A stretch of DNA of 64,000 bases from an uncultured Bacilli bacterium (GCA_934098385.1 CAKOOJ010000002.1:132501-196500), one strand, 5' to 3'. Shown: positions 10,606-20,744, counted from the first letter of the stretch. Notes: generated from the sequence alone by a model not told the origin. Numbers and translations are program-made.

Positions 10606-10779
10606 TTGTTAACAACTTTTATTCCAGTTATTTTTGATAAAGTAAAAGTTTTTTTATTAATTATTATATTCTAGTTTTTATGATAATCTATTATTTTTTC
10701 ATATTATAATTATATTTATTACGAATAAAATGCTATTTTAAGTTTAAATTATTCTTTAAATCTTTTACAATAATCTTTA

Positions 10780-10795
10780 TGTTTCACGTGAAACA
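10780..10795. other. parS: parS, copy 3
   Basis: Identical TGTTTCACGTGAAACA; followed by TGTTGAAAAC. Confidence 0.8.
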
Positions 10796-10918
10796 TTGTT
10801 GAAAACTAATGGTTTAATTTACTTATTATTAATAATGTTTGTTTATAATTTTATTCAAATAAAACATATAATATGTTGTTTATTGTTGTTTTATCATAAT
10901 ATCTTTGTTGAATTTATA

Positions 10919-10934
10919 TGTTTCACGTGAAACA
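10919..10934. other. parS: parS, copy 4
   Basis: Identical TGTTTCACGTGAAACA; followed by TGTTAATAAC. Confidence 0.8.
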
Positions 10935-10981
10935 TTGTTAATAACCTTGATTAATATATTCTAAAATGTTATTATTTATAC

Positions 10982-11059
10982 GTGCAATTAATGTTTTTAT
11001 AAACTGGTCAGGACAGGAATGTAGCAGCCATATTAAATAATGTTAATGTGCACTTTTTT
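10982..11059 (+). ncRNA. ffs: Small (4.5S-type) signal recognition particle RNA
   Basis: Domain IV core GGTC-AGG-ACA-GGAA-TGT-AGCA-GCC at 11006-11029 matches the E. coli 4.5S apex GGUC-AGG-UCC-GGAA-GGA-AGCA-GCC (GNRA loop plus conserved internal loops). A closing 14-bp helix pairs GTGCAATTAATGTT (10982-) with AATGTTAATGTGCAC (-11053), followed by TTTTTT. Confidence 0.8.
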
Positions 11060-11072
11060 AATGGAGCAAATC

Positions 11073-11501
11073 ATGAAAAAAGAAAAAATATTAAAAATTT
11101 TATATAAGAAATCTTTGAAAGCCTATAGAAAAAACGAAGTACCTGTTAGTGCTATTTTATTACGTAATAATAGGGTTGTTTCAACTGCATATAACAATAA
11201 AAATATTAAATCTAATGCTTTACTACATGCAGAGATAATATGTCTTCAAAAAGCGTATAAAAGGTTAAAAAGATGGAATTTAAATGATTGTATTTTATAT
11301 GTTTCTTTAGAACCTTGTGATATGTGTAAACAATTAATTCAAGAGTCTCGTATAGATAAAGTTTATTATTTACAAAAAAGAAGTGAAGTAAATAACAAAT
11401 ATAATAAAACTCAATACGAACAAATGTTTGTTGGAAATAATAATGATGATTTTGATGGACTGATGTCTAATTTTTTTCATAAATTAAGAGAAAAAAAATA
11501 A
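11073..11501 (+). CDS. tadA: tRNA-specific adenosine deaminase
   Basis: CDA zinc motifs LHAEIICL and EPCDMCKQ. ATG at 11073 is chosen because the upstream part of the track ORF overlaps the SRP RNA. Next to dnaX as in Bacillus. Confidence 0.85.
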   Translation: MKKEKILKILYKKSLKAYRKNEVPVSAILLRNNRVVSTAYNNKNIKSNALLHAEIICLQKAYKRLKRWNLNDCILYVSLEPCDMCKQLIQESRIDKVYYLQKRSEVNNKYNKTQYEQMFVGNNNDDFDGLMSNFFHKLREKK

Positions 11502-11544
11502 AAGATATTAAATATATGATATAATTAGTCCAGGAGGGTTGTCT

Positions 11545-13152
11545 ATGGATTATAAAGTTTTTTATAGAAAATATAGACCTAAAAACTTTTTAGAATTGGT
11601 CGGACAAGATAATATAAAGAATATATTAATAAATTCAATTAAATATAATAAAATAGCTCACGCTTATATATTTACTGGTCCTAGGGGAACTGGTAAAACT
11701 AGTACTGCTAAGATTTTTGCTAAAACATTAAATTGTTTGAATAATTCTAATGGAGTATCTTGTGATGAGTGTGAAATGTGTAAAACATATAATGAATCTG
11801 CTGATATTATAGAAATAGACGCTGCTAGTAATAATGGTGTAGAAGAAATACGTACTTTACGTGATAGTGTAAAGATTGCACCTTATAATTCAAAATATAA
11901 AGTATACATTATCGATGAAGTACACATGTTATCTAATAGTGCGTGGAATGCTTTTTTAAAAACTCTTGAAGAACCTCCAAGTCACGTTATATTTATATTA
12001 GCAACTACTGAGATAAATAAAATTCCTGAAACAGTTATGTCAAGATGTCAAAGATTTGACTTTACAAAAATACCAGAAAATAAAATGATAGAACATTTAA
12101 AAAATATTTGTGAAAAAGAAAATATTGAAATAACTGAAAATTCTTTAAAAGAAATTTCAAAATTATCAAATGGTTGTTTAAGAGATGCTTTAAGTTATTT
12201 AGATAAAATTTCAAAATTTAATACTGAAATAACTACTGAATTAATCGAGAATAATTTTGGAGTGTTAAGTGAAAGTAAACTAGAAAGATTATATAATAGT
12301 GTAAAATCAAATTTGGTTGAAGAAATAAATCAACAGATAGATGATATATCTAACTCTGGTATTACTCCTTTGAATTTCATAAATGATTATGTAAATTATT
12401 TGTTAAGCTTAATAATTACTAAAAAAGTGGTGGATTATAAGGAAATAGAATTTATAAAAAAGAATATCAATACTTTAAATAATATAATTGGGAGATTTAA
12501 TTCTATGATAAATCCATTTATATTGATTAAAATAGAACTAATTACTCTAAATTATTTCCCGGGAAATAATGATGTTAATATTTCCCAAAGTAAAGCAGAT
12601 GTAAAATCAGAGAACGAGTTTAAAAAACATGATTCTGATAATTTTCATGAAGAAAATGATGTAAAGGAAGATACAGAGCAAAAAACTAAAATACAAGATA
12701 TAAAATCAATAAGGATAAATAATAGTTTTGTAGATGTTTCTAAAATTTATAAAAATGAGTTTATATCTAATTGGAATAATTTAATAGATAATATGAAACT
12801 TAATAATGATTATACAATTATGGGATATATGGAACCGTCTAATGTTGAGGTTGTATCTAAAACGAATGTAATTTTTTCTTTTAAAAATGATAGTGAAGCA
12901 ATAATTTTTAATAATAATATTGATAGTATAGAATTAAAGTATAACGAAATGTTTAAAAGTGACTATAAATTTGTTGCATTGTCAATAGATGAATGGAATG
13001 TTGAAAAGAAAAAATTTATTGAAAATAAAAATAAGAAGTATAAATATTTAGATGAAAATGTTATAATTAAGGAAGAGACAAATGAATCTGATTCAGATAT
13101 CAAAGATATTGCTGATGATTTGTTTGGAGATAGTTTAGTAGAAATAGAATAG
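11545..13152 (+). CDS. dnaX: DNA polymerase III subunit gamma/tau
   Basis: HAYIFTGPRGTGKTS Walker A, zinc module CDECEMC, IIDEVHMLS, SRCQRFDF sensor; RBS AGGAGGG 7 nt before ATG 11545. Confidence 0.94.
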   Translation: MDYKVFYRKYRPKNFLELVGQDNIKNILINSIKYNKIAHAYIFTGPRGTGKTSTAKIFAKTLNCLNNSNGVSCDECEMCKTYNESADIIEIDAASNNGVEEIRTLRDSVKIAPYNSKYKVYIIDEVHMLSNSAWNAFLKTLEEPPSHVIFILATTEINKIPETVMSRCQRFDFTKIPENKMIEHLKNICEKENIEITENSLKEISKLSNGCLRDALSYLDKISKFNTEITTELIENNFGVLSESKLERLYNSVKSNLVEEINQQIDDISNSGITPLNFINDYVNYLLSLIITKKVVDYKEIEFIKKNINTLNNIIGRFNSMINPFILIKIELITLNYFPGNNDVNISQSKADVKSENEFKKHDSDNFHEENDVKEDTEQKTKIQDIKSIRINNSFVDVSKIYKNEFISNWNNLIDNMKLNNDYTIMGYMEPSNVEVVSKTNVIFSFKNDSEAIIFNNNIDSIELKYNEMFKSDYKFVALSIDEWNVEKKKFIENKNKKYKYLDENVIIKEETNESDSDIKDIADDLFGDSLVEIE

Positions 13153-13165
13153 GAGAAATGTAATT

Positions 13166-13465
13166 ATGAATATGAATAACTTAATGGCTCAAGCACAGAA
13201 AATGCAAAAAGACATACAAAAAAAACAAGATGAATTAAATAATATGACTTTTGTTGGAGAAAGTGAATGGGTTAATATCACTTTAAAAGGAGATAAATCT
13301 ATTACTAAGGTAGAAATAAAAAATAAAACAGATATGGATTCTGAAGATTTAGAATGTATGGAAGATATGATAAAAATTGCTTTTGATGATGCAATTAATA
13401 AAATTAATAAAGAAATAGATAAAAAGATGGGTATGTATGGTAAGTTAGCAGGTGGATTGTTCTAA
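13166..13465 (+). CDS. ybaB: Nucleoid-associated protein YbaB/EbfC
   Basis: 99 aa, MNNLMAQAQKMQKDIQKKQDEL... typical YbaB N-terminus; dnaX-ybaB-recR context. Confidence 0.88.
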   Translation: MNMNNLMAQAQKMQKDIQKKQDELNNMTFVGESEWVNITLKGDKSITKVEIKNKTDMDSEDLECMEDMIKIAFDDAINKINKEIDKKMGMYGKLAGGLF

Positions 13466-14061
13466 TGTACCCATATATTTTAACCAAAACTATTGAATCT
13501 TTTAAAAAATTTAATGGTATTGGTGAAAAAACAGCTGAACGCTTATCTTTGTCAATATTAGAAATGTCTATGGAAGATGTAGAAGATTTTTCTAAGTACA
13601 TAGTTGATTTGAAAAATAATATTAAAAGATGTAAAATCTGTGGGCATATCACTGATAGTGATGTTTGTTCTATATGTCAGTCCGAATATAGAACAGATAA
13701 TTTAATATGTGTTGTAGAAGATTATAGAAGTGTATTTATGTTTGAAAAAACAGGAAATTATGAAGGTAAATATCATGTACTAAATGGTGTTATTTCTCCT
13801 ATTGATGGAATAACTCCTGATGAATTAAACATTGATAATTTAGTAAAAAGACTAGCAAATATTAAAGGTGATAAAGAAGTTATAATTGCTCTCAAGCCAT
13901 CAATTGAAGGTGAAGCAACTACAATGTATCTAAAAAAAATATTGGAAGGAAAAGATGTAAAGATAACTAGACTTTCATACGGAATACCAATGGGTGTTGA
14001 AATTGATTATTTAGATTCAATAACTTTAGATAGAGCATTGCAGGATAGAAAAGATATTTAA
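13465..14061 (+). CDS. recR: Recombination protein RecR
   Basis: HhH (FNGIGEKTAERL), C4 zinc finger CKICGHITDSDVCSIC, Toprim domain; 1-nt overlap with ybaB stop. Confidence 0.94.
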   Translation: MYPYILTKTIESFKKFNGIGEKTAERLSLSILEMSMEDVEDFSKYIVDLKNNIKRCKICGHITDSDVCSICQSEYRTDNLICVVEDYRSVFMFEKTGNYEGKYHVLNGVISPIDGITPDELNIDNLVKRLANIKGDKEVIIALKPSIEGEATTMYLKKILEGKDVKITRLSYGIPMGVEIDYLDSITLDRALQDRKDI

Positions 14062-14094
14062 AATTTTATTGCATATTATTTTATAGGTGATAAT

Positions 14095-14271
14095 ATGAAA
14101 TTTTATAAATTTGTAAAAAATCTTTTCTTTTCAATAGTGTATCTTTTTGCTATAAATATATTTTTGTCTAAATTGAATTTAAATATACCAATAAATATAT
14201 TTAGTATAGCAATTGTATATTTGTTGAAATTCCCTGGATTAATATTATTATTATTTTTAAGTAGGTGGTAA
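14095..14271 (+). CDS. bofA: BofA-like small membrane protein (pro-sigma-K processing inhibitor family)
   Basis: Unlisted 58-aa ORF: MKFYKFVKNLFFSIVYLFAINIFLSKLNLNIPINIFSIAIVYLLKFPGLILLLFLSRW. It has two TM segments. The INIFSIAIVYLLKFPGLILL segment resembles BofA INLVTTAISGFLGIPGIAAL. It sits after recR as in B. subtilis. RBS TAGGTGA. Confidence 0.5.
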   Translation: MKFYKFVKNLFFSIVYLFAINIFLSKLNLNIPINIFSIAIVYLLKFPGLILLLFLSRW

Positions 14272-14273
14272 TT

Positions 14274-15008
14274 TTGTTTATATCAGATAAATTTGATGAA
14301 ATAAAAAAAGAATTTGAAAGTGGTAAAAATTCTCATTCGTATATATTTTATACAAATGATTTTTTTAGTTGTCAAAAAGATGTTATTACTCTTGTTAAAC
14401 ATATATTTAATGAAGATAATTTAAATAAAATACAATCAGATTTCGTTGTTATAAAAAAAAGTGATAAAAAACAAATATTGAAAGATGATATGGTAGATTT
14501 AAAAAGTTTCTTTCAGAAAACGTCATATATAAATAATAATAGAATTTATTTGATCGAAGAAGTACATAAATTAAATTCAACTAGTGCTAATATGATTTTA
14601 AAATTTTTAGAAGAACCTATGAAAGGTGTTGTCGCATTTTTTATTACTGATAATTTAGATGCTGTTTTACCAACTATTAAAAGTAGATGTCAGATTGTTA
14701 ATACATTTTATGGTGAAACTAAGGAAATAGATAATGATAATAATGAATACTTAGAATTAAATAAAGTTCTTTTTGTAGATAACAAGTATTATTCTTTGTT
14801 AAAAATAAAAAAGAAATATGAAAATAAAGAACGTAGTGAATTAATAATAATCTTTAAAGATTTATTAGAATATTACTATAATTTAGATTTTAATAAAGAA
14901 AATATTAATAGAATAAAGTTGTTAAATGAATCAATTAATTTATTAAATTGTAATGTTAATACTGATTATGTATTTGATTATGTTTTGTTAGGAGGTTTAA
15001 ATGTATGA
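14274..15008 (+). CDS. holB: DNA polymerase III delta-prime subunit
   Basis: HSYIFY.., LIEEVHKLN, KFLEEP, SRCQ motifs of clamp-loader delta-prime. TTG at 14274 lies 5 nt after AGGTGG; the track uses GTG at 14265. Confidence 0.75.
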   Translation: MFISDKFDEIKKEFESGKNSHSYIFYTNDFFSCQKDVITLVKHIFNEDNLNKIQSDFVVIKKSDKKQILKDDMVDLKSFFQKTSYINNNRIYLIEEVHKLNSTSANMILKFLEEPMKGVVAFFITDNLDAVLPTIKSRCQIVNTFYGETKEIDNDNNEYLELNKVLFVDNKYYSLLKIKKKYENKERSELIIIFKDLLEYYYNLDFNKENINRIKLLNESINLLNCNVNTDYVFDYVLLGGLNV

Positions 15009-15787
15009 GTATAGTTTCTGTAAAATTTAAAAAAGATGGTAAATCATATTATTTTGATGATAATGGTATATCTTTATCTAAAGATGATTATATTTTGGTT
15101 GAAACAGATAAAGGTATACAATTAGGCATAGTAAATGATATAGATTTGAATATTGATAGAGATAAAATTAAAACTGAAATAAAAAAGATAAAGAAAAAGG
15201 CTACTAAAAAAGATTATGATATATATTTAAAAAATTTAAAAGATGCTACTATTATTTTTGAAGATACTAAAAAGAAAATTGATGAAGATAATATTTCAAT
15301 GAAACTACTTGATGCTATGTATACTTTTGATAGGAAACAATTGATTTTTAATTTTACAGCTGAAGATAGAGTGGATTTTAGAGAATTGGTTAAGTATTTA
15401 GCTGCAAAGTATAAAACTCATATTGAATTACATCAAGTAGGTGTTAGGGATAAGGCACGTGACATTGGTGGAATTGGGCCTTGTGGATTGCCTTTTTGTT
15501 GTAAAACTTTTAAAAATACTATGGATGGTATTTCAATAAATATGGCTAAGAATCAAAATATATCTCTTAATCCATCTAAAATAAATGGCTGTTGTGGAAG
15601 ATTATTATGTTGTCTATCATATGAAGATGAAAACTATACTTGTATAAGAAAAAAATTACCTAAAATTGGTTCAGTTATTGATGTCGATGGAATGAGTGGA
15701 AAAGTTGTAAAAATTGATATTATTGGTCAAAAAGCTTTTGTTGATGTAAATGGTGAAGAAAAAGTAGTTGATTATAGTGATAAATGA
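15005..15787 (+). CDS. ricT: PSP1-domain protein YaaT/RicT (stage 0 sporulation, RNase Y regulator complex)
   Basis: PSP1 C-terminal domain with Cys cluster GPCGLPFCCKTF ... CCGRLLCCLSYE; follows holB as in B. subtilis. Confidence 0.88.
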   Translation: MSIVSVKFKKDGKSYYFDDNGISLSKDDYILVETDKGIQLGIVNDIDLNIDRDKIKTEIKKIKKKATKKDYDIYLKNLKDATIIFEDTKKKIDEDNISMKLLDAMYTFDRKQLIFNFTAEDRVDFRELVKYLAAKYKTHIELHQVGVRDKARDIGGIGPCGLPFCCKTFKNTMDGISINMAKNQNISLNPSKINGCCGRLLCCLSYEDENYTCIRKKLPKIGSVIDVDGMSGKVVKIDIIGQKAFVDVNGEEKVVDYSDK

Positions 15788-16457
15788 TTTATTAAATTAT
15801 GATTTGAAAATATATCAAAATAATGATGCTTTTAAATTTTCTATTGATTCTGTTTTATTGGCTGAATTTGTTGATATTAATTTTAGAACAAAAAATATTA
15901 TAGATTTTTGTTCTGGAAATGCTCCTATACCAATGATATTATCTACTAGATTTTATAAAAATATTGTTGGTGTTGAACTTCAAAAAAGTATATTTGAATT
16001 AGGAGATAAAAGTATTAAATTAAATAAAATAAATAATATTAATTATTTAAATATGAATGTTAAAGATGTAATTGATTATTTTGATTATAAATTTGATATT
16101 GTGACTTGTAATCCTCCATATTTTAAGTATAATAGTGACTCAGTTATTAATGTCAATGAGGAAAAAGCGATTGCTCGTCATGAAATTAGTATTACATTAG
16201 AAGATATTGTAAGTTGTGCTAGTAAGATTTTAAGAGATAGTGGTAGTATATATTTAGTTCATCGTCCTGAAAGATTGGTTGAAATTTTAGATTTATTTAA
16301 AAAATATCATTTTGGTTTAAGAAAATTAGAATTTGTTTATGATAATATAAATTCTAATTCATGTTTTTTGTTGATTGAAGCAAAATATAAGTGTAAAGAT
16401 GATTTAAAAGTTTTAAAGCCACTTTATATAGATAAGTATTTGGAGAGTGTAAAATGA
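15768..16457 (+). CDS. SAM-dependent N6-adenine methyltransferase, YabB/TrmN6-like
   Basis: CNPPYF catalytic motif and DFCSGNAPIP SAM-binding loop; position equals B. subtilis yabB. The true start may be GTG at 15777. Confidence 0.75.
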   Translation: MIIVINDLLNYDLKIYQNNDAFKFSIDSVLLAEFVDINFRTKNIIDFCSGNAPIPMILSTRFYKNIVGVELQKSIFELGDKSIKLNKINNINYLNMNVKDVIDYFDYKFDIVTCNPPYFKYNSDSVINVNEEKAIARHEISITLEDIVSCASKILRDSGSIYLVHRPERLVEILDLFKKYHFGLRKLEFVYDNINSNSCFLLIEAKYKCKDDLKVLKPLYIDKYLESVK

Positions 16458-16999
16458 AGTTAATAGTAGGTTTAGGTAATCCAGGAAAAGAATATGAAAA
16501 AACAAGACATAATATAGGATTTATGTCTATTGATAGTTTTTTAGGTGATATTAATTTTAAAAATAAATTTAATGGATTATTTTATGAAAAAAATTATAAT
16601 GGTGAAAAGATTATTTTTTTAAAGCCTTTGACTTTTATGAATAATTCTGGTGATTGTGTACGTGAGTTTGTAAAATATTATGGTATTGATTTAAAAGATG
16701 TTATGGTTATTCAAGATGATTTAGATTTGATGACAGGAGTTATAAAATTTAAAATAAATAGTAGTAGTGGTGGTCACAATGGAATAAAATCAATTATTAA
16801 TAATTTACATAGTGATGGTTTTTTTAGAATGAAAATTGGTATAAAATCAGATTTAAAAAGAGATGTAATAGATTATGTATTGGGTAAGTTTAGTAAAGGT
16901 GAATTAGATTTAATAAACTTTCAAAAAATTAATAGTGCTATTTTAGATTTTATAAATAATGATTATATCTATGTTATGAATAAATATAATGGAAAGTGA
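16454..16999 (+). CDS. pth: Peptidyl-tRNA hydrolase
   Basis: MKLIVGLGNPGKEYEKTRHNIGF and GGHNGIKS motifs. Confidence 0.95.
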   Translation: MKLIVGLGNPGKEYEKTRHNIGFMSIDSFLGDINFKNKFNGLFYEKNYNGEKIIFLKPLTFMNNSGDCVREFVKYYGIDLKDVMVIQDDLDLMTGVIKFKINSSSGGHNGIKSIINNLHSDGFFRMKIGIKSDLKRDVIDYVLGKFSKGELDLINFQKINSAILDFINNDYIYVMNKYNGK

Positions 17000-19900
17000 T
17001 AATATGTGGGGCAATATTTTTAAGTATAAAAATGAATTAACTGTTTCGGGACTCAACAATTCATTAATTAATGAATATATAGTTAACTATTATGAAAAAT
17101 ATAATAAAAATGTTTTAGTAGTTGCTGAGTCTTTGTATGATGCTAATAATATTTATAAAGGTATACAAAAAAGAAATAAAAATGTATGCCTTTTTCCCAT
17201 GGATGAATTTGCAACTGTATTAGCGATAAGCACTAGTCCTGATTTACGTGTTGCTAGAATTGATACATTAAATAAAATTTCAAATAACAAACATATAGTT
17301 ATTACTAACTTATCAGGTTTTTTAAAAAAAATAGACAAAGATATTAAAAAATTAAAAGTTAATTTTAATACTAAGAGAAATGAAATAATAAAATTTTTAG
17401 AGGATAATTCTTATGTAAAGACAAATTTAGTGACAACTACAGGAGAATATGCTGTTAGAAATTTTATTATTGATGTTTTTCCAATAGAATCAGATCTGGG
17501 AATAAGAATAGAATTCTTTGGTGATGATATAGATTCTATAAGATATTTTGATGTTGAAAGCCAAATATCTAAAAAAAATATAGATGAGTTTACATTATAT
17601 AATTTTAGTGATGAGTCTTCTAGTGATTATGAAAACATAATAGATAAATTAGATGATGTTCAAGTCTTTTTTGTTGATTATAAAAAAATACTAAATTCGT
17701 ATCAATCATATGTTGATAATAAAAAAGAATTTAATATTGGAGATAATTATTTTAGTAGTTTCAATAATATGATTGTCGATAATAAAATATATATTAATTC
17801 ATTTGATGATAGTCCTATATGTAAAGATGTTGTTAAATATAAATCTAAGGATGTTATAAATTTTAATAATAATTATGAAAATTTATGTGACTATGTAAAT
17901 AAGATGAAAAGTGAATATATTATAATTTTTATGATGACTAATGAAAATTTAATTAATAAAATAATATCTTTATTTGGAAATGATATTTCATTTGAAGGAG
18001 AATATGAAAACAGAGTAAATATTATAAAACAAGATATTGATTCTGGTTTTGTTTTTGATAAATATATTGTTATTAGTGAGTATGATATAGAAAATGTAAA
18101 GAAAAAGTCTGTATTTATAAATCATTATAATATAGGTAGAAAAATTAAGGGTTTTGATGAATTAAAAAAAGGTGACTATATAGTTCATGTTGTACATGGA
18201 ATTGGTCAATATCAAGGTTTAGTGACATTAGAAAATAACGGAATTAAGAAAGATTATTTATTAATAAATTATGCTGGTAATGATAAAATATATGTTCCTG
18301 CTAGTAAAATAGAAACTATATATAAATATAGTGATAGTGATACAACTAGTCCTAAATTAAATAGTTTAAACAGTAATAATTGGGCGAAAGCGAAAGCGAG
18401 AGCTAGGAGTAAAATACAGGATATTTCTGGGGAATTAATTAAATTATATGCTGAGAGAGAAATTGTTGTAGGAGATAGATATGTTGAAACGCCAGAAGAA
18501 GAAATATTTAAAAATGATTTTGAATATGAAGAAACTCCTGATCAAACAAAGTCAATCAAAGATATATTAAACGATTTATCTAGTTCTAAGCCTATGGATA
18601 GATTACTTTGTGGAGATGTTGGTTTTGGTAAAACAGAAGTTGCTATGAGAGCAATGTTTAGAACAGTTATGAACAATAGGCAGGTTGCATATCTTTGTCC
18701 GACTACTATTTTATCTAAACAGCAATATGAAAATGCTATTAAAAGATTTAGACATTTTCCTGTAAATATTGAACTTTTAAATAGGTTTACTTCTACAAAA
18801 GATTTTAATAGAATTATAGATGGATTGGAAAAAGGCACTATTGATATAGTTATTGGTACACATAAAATATTAAATCAAAATATTAAATTTAAAAATTTAG
18901 GTTTATTAGTAATTGATGAAGAACAGCGTTTTGGTGTTAGTCAAAAAGAAAAAATTAAACAAATGAGAAATAGTGTAAATGTTTTGACACTTTCTGCTAC
19001 ACCAATTCCAAGAACTTTGAAACTAGCGATGAGTGGTGTAAAGGATATGTCTATAATAGATACTCCTCCAATAAATAGATTTCCAGTTCAGACTTATGTT
19101 GTAGAAGAAAATGATTATTTATTAAAAGAAGCAATATATAAAGAACTATCACGCGAAGGTCAAGTTTATGTTTTGATAAATAATATTGAAAAATTGGAAA
19201 GTGAATATGAAAAGATTAAAAATTTAGTTCCTGAAGCAGAAATATGTTTGGCGCATGGTAGAATGGATAAAAATCATTTAGATAAAGTTGTTAGTGATTT
19301 TGTTGATGGAAAATATAATGTTCTTATTTGTACTACAATAATAGAAACTGGTATAGATATACCTAATGTTAATACATTAATTATTAAAAATGCAGATAGA
19401 TTTGGTTTAAGTCAGTTATATCAAATACGTGGTAGAGTTGGTAGAAGTGATAGAATTGCATATGCTTATATGATGTATGAAAAAGATAAAATGTTAAATG
19501 ATATTGCAATTAAACGTTTACAAACTATTAGAGATTTTACAGAACTTGGTAGTGGATATAAAATTGCAATGAGAGATTTATCTATTCGTGGTGCCGGAGA
19601 ACTTTTAGGAAGTACACAATCTGGATTTATTAGTTCTATTGGAATAGATTTATATATGGATATGGTTAATGAAGAAGTAAATAAGCTGAAAGGCATTAAT
19701 GTTAAAGAAGAAAATGATAATGAGAAAACTTTACTTAATATTAATACTTCTATTTCAAAAGATTATGTTGATGATGAATCTATTAGAATAGAAATACATA
19801 AATTAATAAATGAAATTGATTCTAAGGAAAGTTTTACTAATGTTAAGAATGAATTAGAAGATAGATTTGGTAAATTAAGTGATGATATTATTAATTATAT

Positions 19901-20180
19901 GTATGAAGAATGGTTTCAAAGTATTGCAGATGATATGAAGATTACTAATATAAAATATATTGGAAGTAATGTTGAAATTGAATTACCAACTAATATATCT
20001 GATATGATTGATGGAGAAAAATTATTTTTACAAATATATACAATAAATCCAAAATTTAGATTAAAATACGTTAATAAAAAAATTATAATTTCACTTAGTA
20101 TATTAAATAGAAAAGGAGATTATGTAAAAGATTTATTAGATTTATTATTACTAGTTAAAAGTTGTATAAAAGAAATATAA
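16989..20180 (+). CDS. mfd: Transcription-repair coupling factor
   Basis: 1063 aa. CarD-like domain (GDYIVHVVHGIGQY), SF2 helicase GDVGFGKTEVA / VIDEEQRFG / QLYQIRGRVGRS, TRG motif. pth-mfd-spoVT order as in Bacillus. Confidence 0.96.
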   Translation: MESDNMWGNIFKYKNELTVSGLNNSLINEYIVNYYEKYNKNVLVVAESLYDANNIYKGIQKRNKNVCLFPMDEFATVLAISTSPDLRVARIDTLNKISNNKHIVITNLSGFLKKIDKDIKKLKVNFNTKRNEIIKFLEDNSYVKTNLVTTTGEYAVRNFIIDVFPIESDLGIRIEFFGDDIDSIRYFDVESQISKKNIDEFTLYNFSDESSSDYENIIDKLDDVQVFFVDYKKILNSYQSYVDNKKEFNIGDNYFSSFNNMIVDNKIYINSFDDSPICKDVVKYKSKDVINFNNNYENLCDYVNKMKSEYIIIFMMTNENLINKIISLFGNDISFEGEYENRVNIIKQDIDSGFVFDKYIVISEYDIENVKKKSVFINHYNIGRKIKGFDELKKGDYIVHVVHGIGQYQGLVTLENNGIKKDYLLINYAGNDKIYVPASKIETIYKYSDSDTTSPKLNSLNSNNWAKAKARARSKIQDISGELIKLYAEREIVVGDRYVETPEEEIFKNDFEYEETPDQTKSIKDILNDLSSSKPMDRLLCGDVGFGKTEVAMRAMFRTVMNNRQVAYLCPTTILSKQQYENAIKRFRHFPVNIELLNRFTSTKDFNRIIDGLEKGTIDIVIGTHKILNQNIKFKNLGLLVIDEEQRFGVSQKEKIKQMRNSVNVLTLSATPIPRTLKLAMSGVKDMSIIDTPPINRFPVQTYVVEENDYLLKEAIYKELSREGQVYVLINNIEKLESEYEKIKNLVPEAEICLAHGRMDKNHLDKVVSDFVDGKYNVLICTTIIETGIDIPNVNTLIIKNADRFGLSQLYQIRGRVGRSDRIAYAYMMYEKDKMLNDIAIKRLQTIRDFTELGSGYKIAMRDLSIRGAGELLGSTQSGFISSIGIDLYMDMVNEEVNKLKGINVKEENDNEKTLLNINTSISKDYVDDESIRIEIHKLINEIDSKESFTNVKNELEDRFGKLSDDIINYMYEEWFQSIADDMKITNIKYIGSNVEIELPTNISDMIDGEKLFLQIYTINPKFRLKYVNKKIIISLSILNRKGDYVKDLLDLLLLVKSCIKEI

Positions 20181-20207
20181 TTTTTCATAATAATACTGGT
20201 GATAAGT

Positions 20208-20696
20208 TTGAATACTTTTAAGAAAAGAATTGATGAATTAGGAAGAATTGTTATTCCTAAACAAATAAGAAATACTTTTAAAATTAAAAATTTTGATGAA
20301 TTAGAATTGTATATTGAAGGAGATAATATTATTGTTAAAAAAACTGGTGGTATATTGTTAATAAAGGATAAATTAGATAAAGTTTTAAATTATATTTATA
20401 AATATAATAATGTAAAGGCTTTTATAACAAATGGCAATGATGTTGTTTCTTCAAATATAATTGATGTTAATACTGATTCTACATTAAAAAATGATATAAA
20501 TGAATTGTTGTTGAATCAAGAAAAAGTAGAGTTAGAATTTAATAATAATATTAAATTATGTGGATATGTAAAAAGTTTTCAACTAATAAATGATAGTGTT
20601 TTGTATGGATATATAGTATTTGTTAGTGATGAAAAGATAGATAATAATGAAATATATAAAGATATTGTTAATATATTGATAGATTATATTAATTAA
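20208..20696 (+). CDS. spoVT: Stage V sporulation protein T (AbrB-type N-domain plus GAF-like C-domain)
   Basis: KKRIDELGRIVIPKQIRNTFKI compares with SpoVT VRRIDDLGRVVIPKEIRRTLRI. TTG at 20208 lies 5 nt after GGTGA; the track uses GTG at 20199. Confidence 0.8.
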   Translation: MNTFKKRIDELGRIVIPKQIRNTFKIKNFDELELYIEGDNIIVKKTGGILLIKDKLDKVLNYIYKYNNVKAFITNGNDVVSSNIIDVNTDSTLKNDINELLLNQEKVELEFNNNIKLCGYVKSFQLINDSVLYGYIVFVSDEKIDNNEIYKDIVNILIDYIN

Positions 20697-20744
20697 TAAT
20701 TGGCAATATTCTTTTTTTATTATATAATTTTTTTGGTGATTATT

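Noticed and set aside
10466-10935. The four 18-bp palindromes as a CRISPR array, REP/MITE repeats or simple terminators
   Set aside because: The spacings are irregular (123, 190 and 139 bp), the repeats are perfect palindromes, there are no cas genes, and only copy 1 is followed by a T-run. The exact match to the parS consensus next to the origin explains them better.
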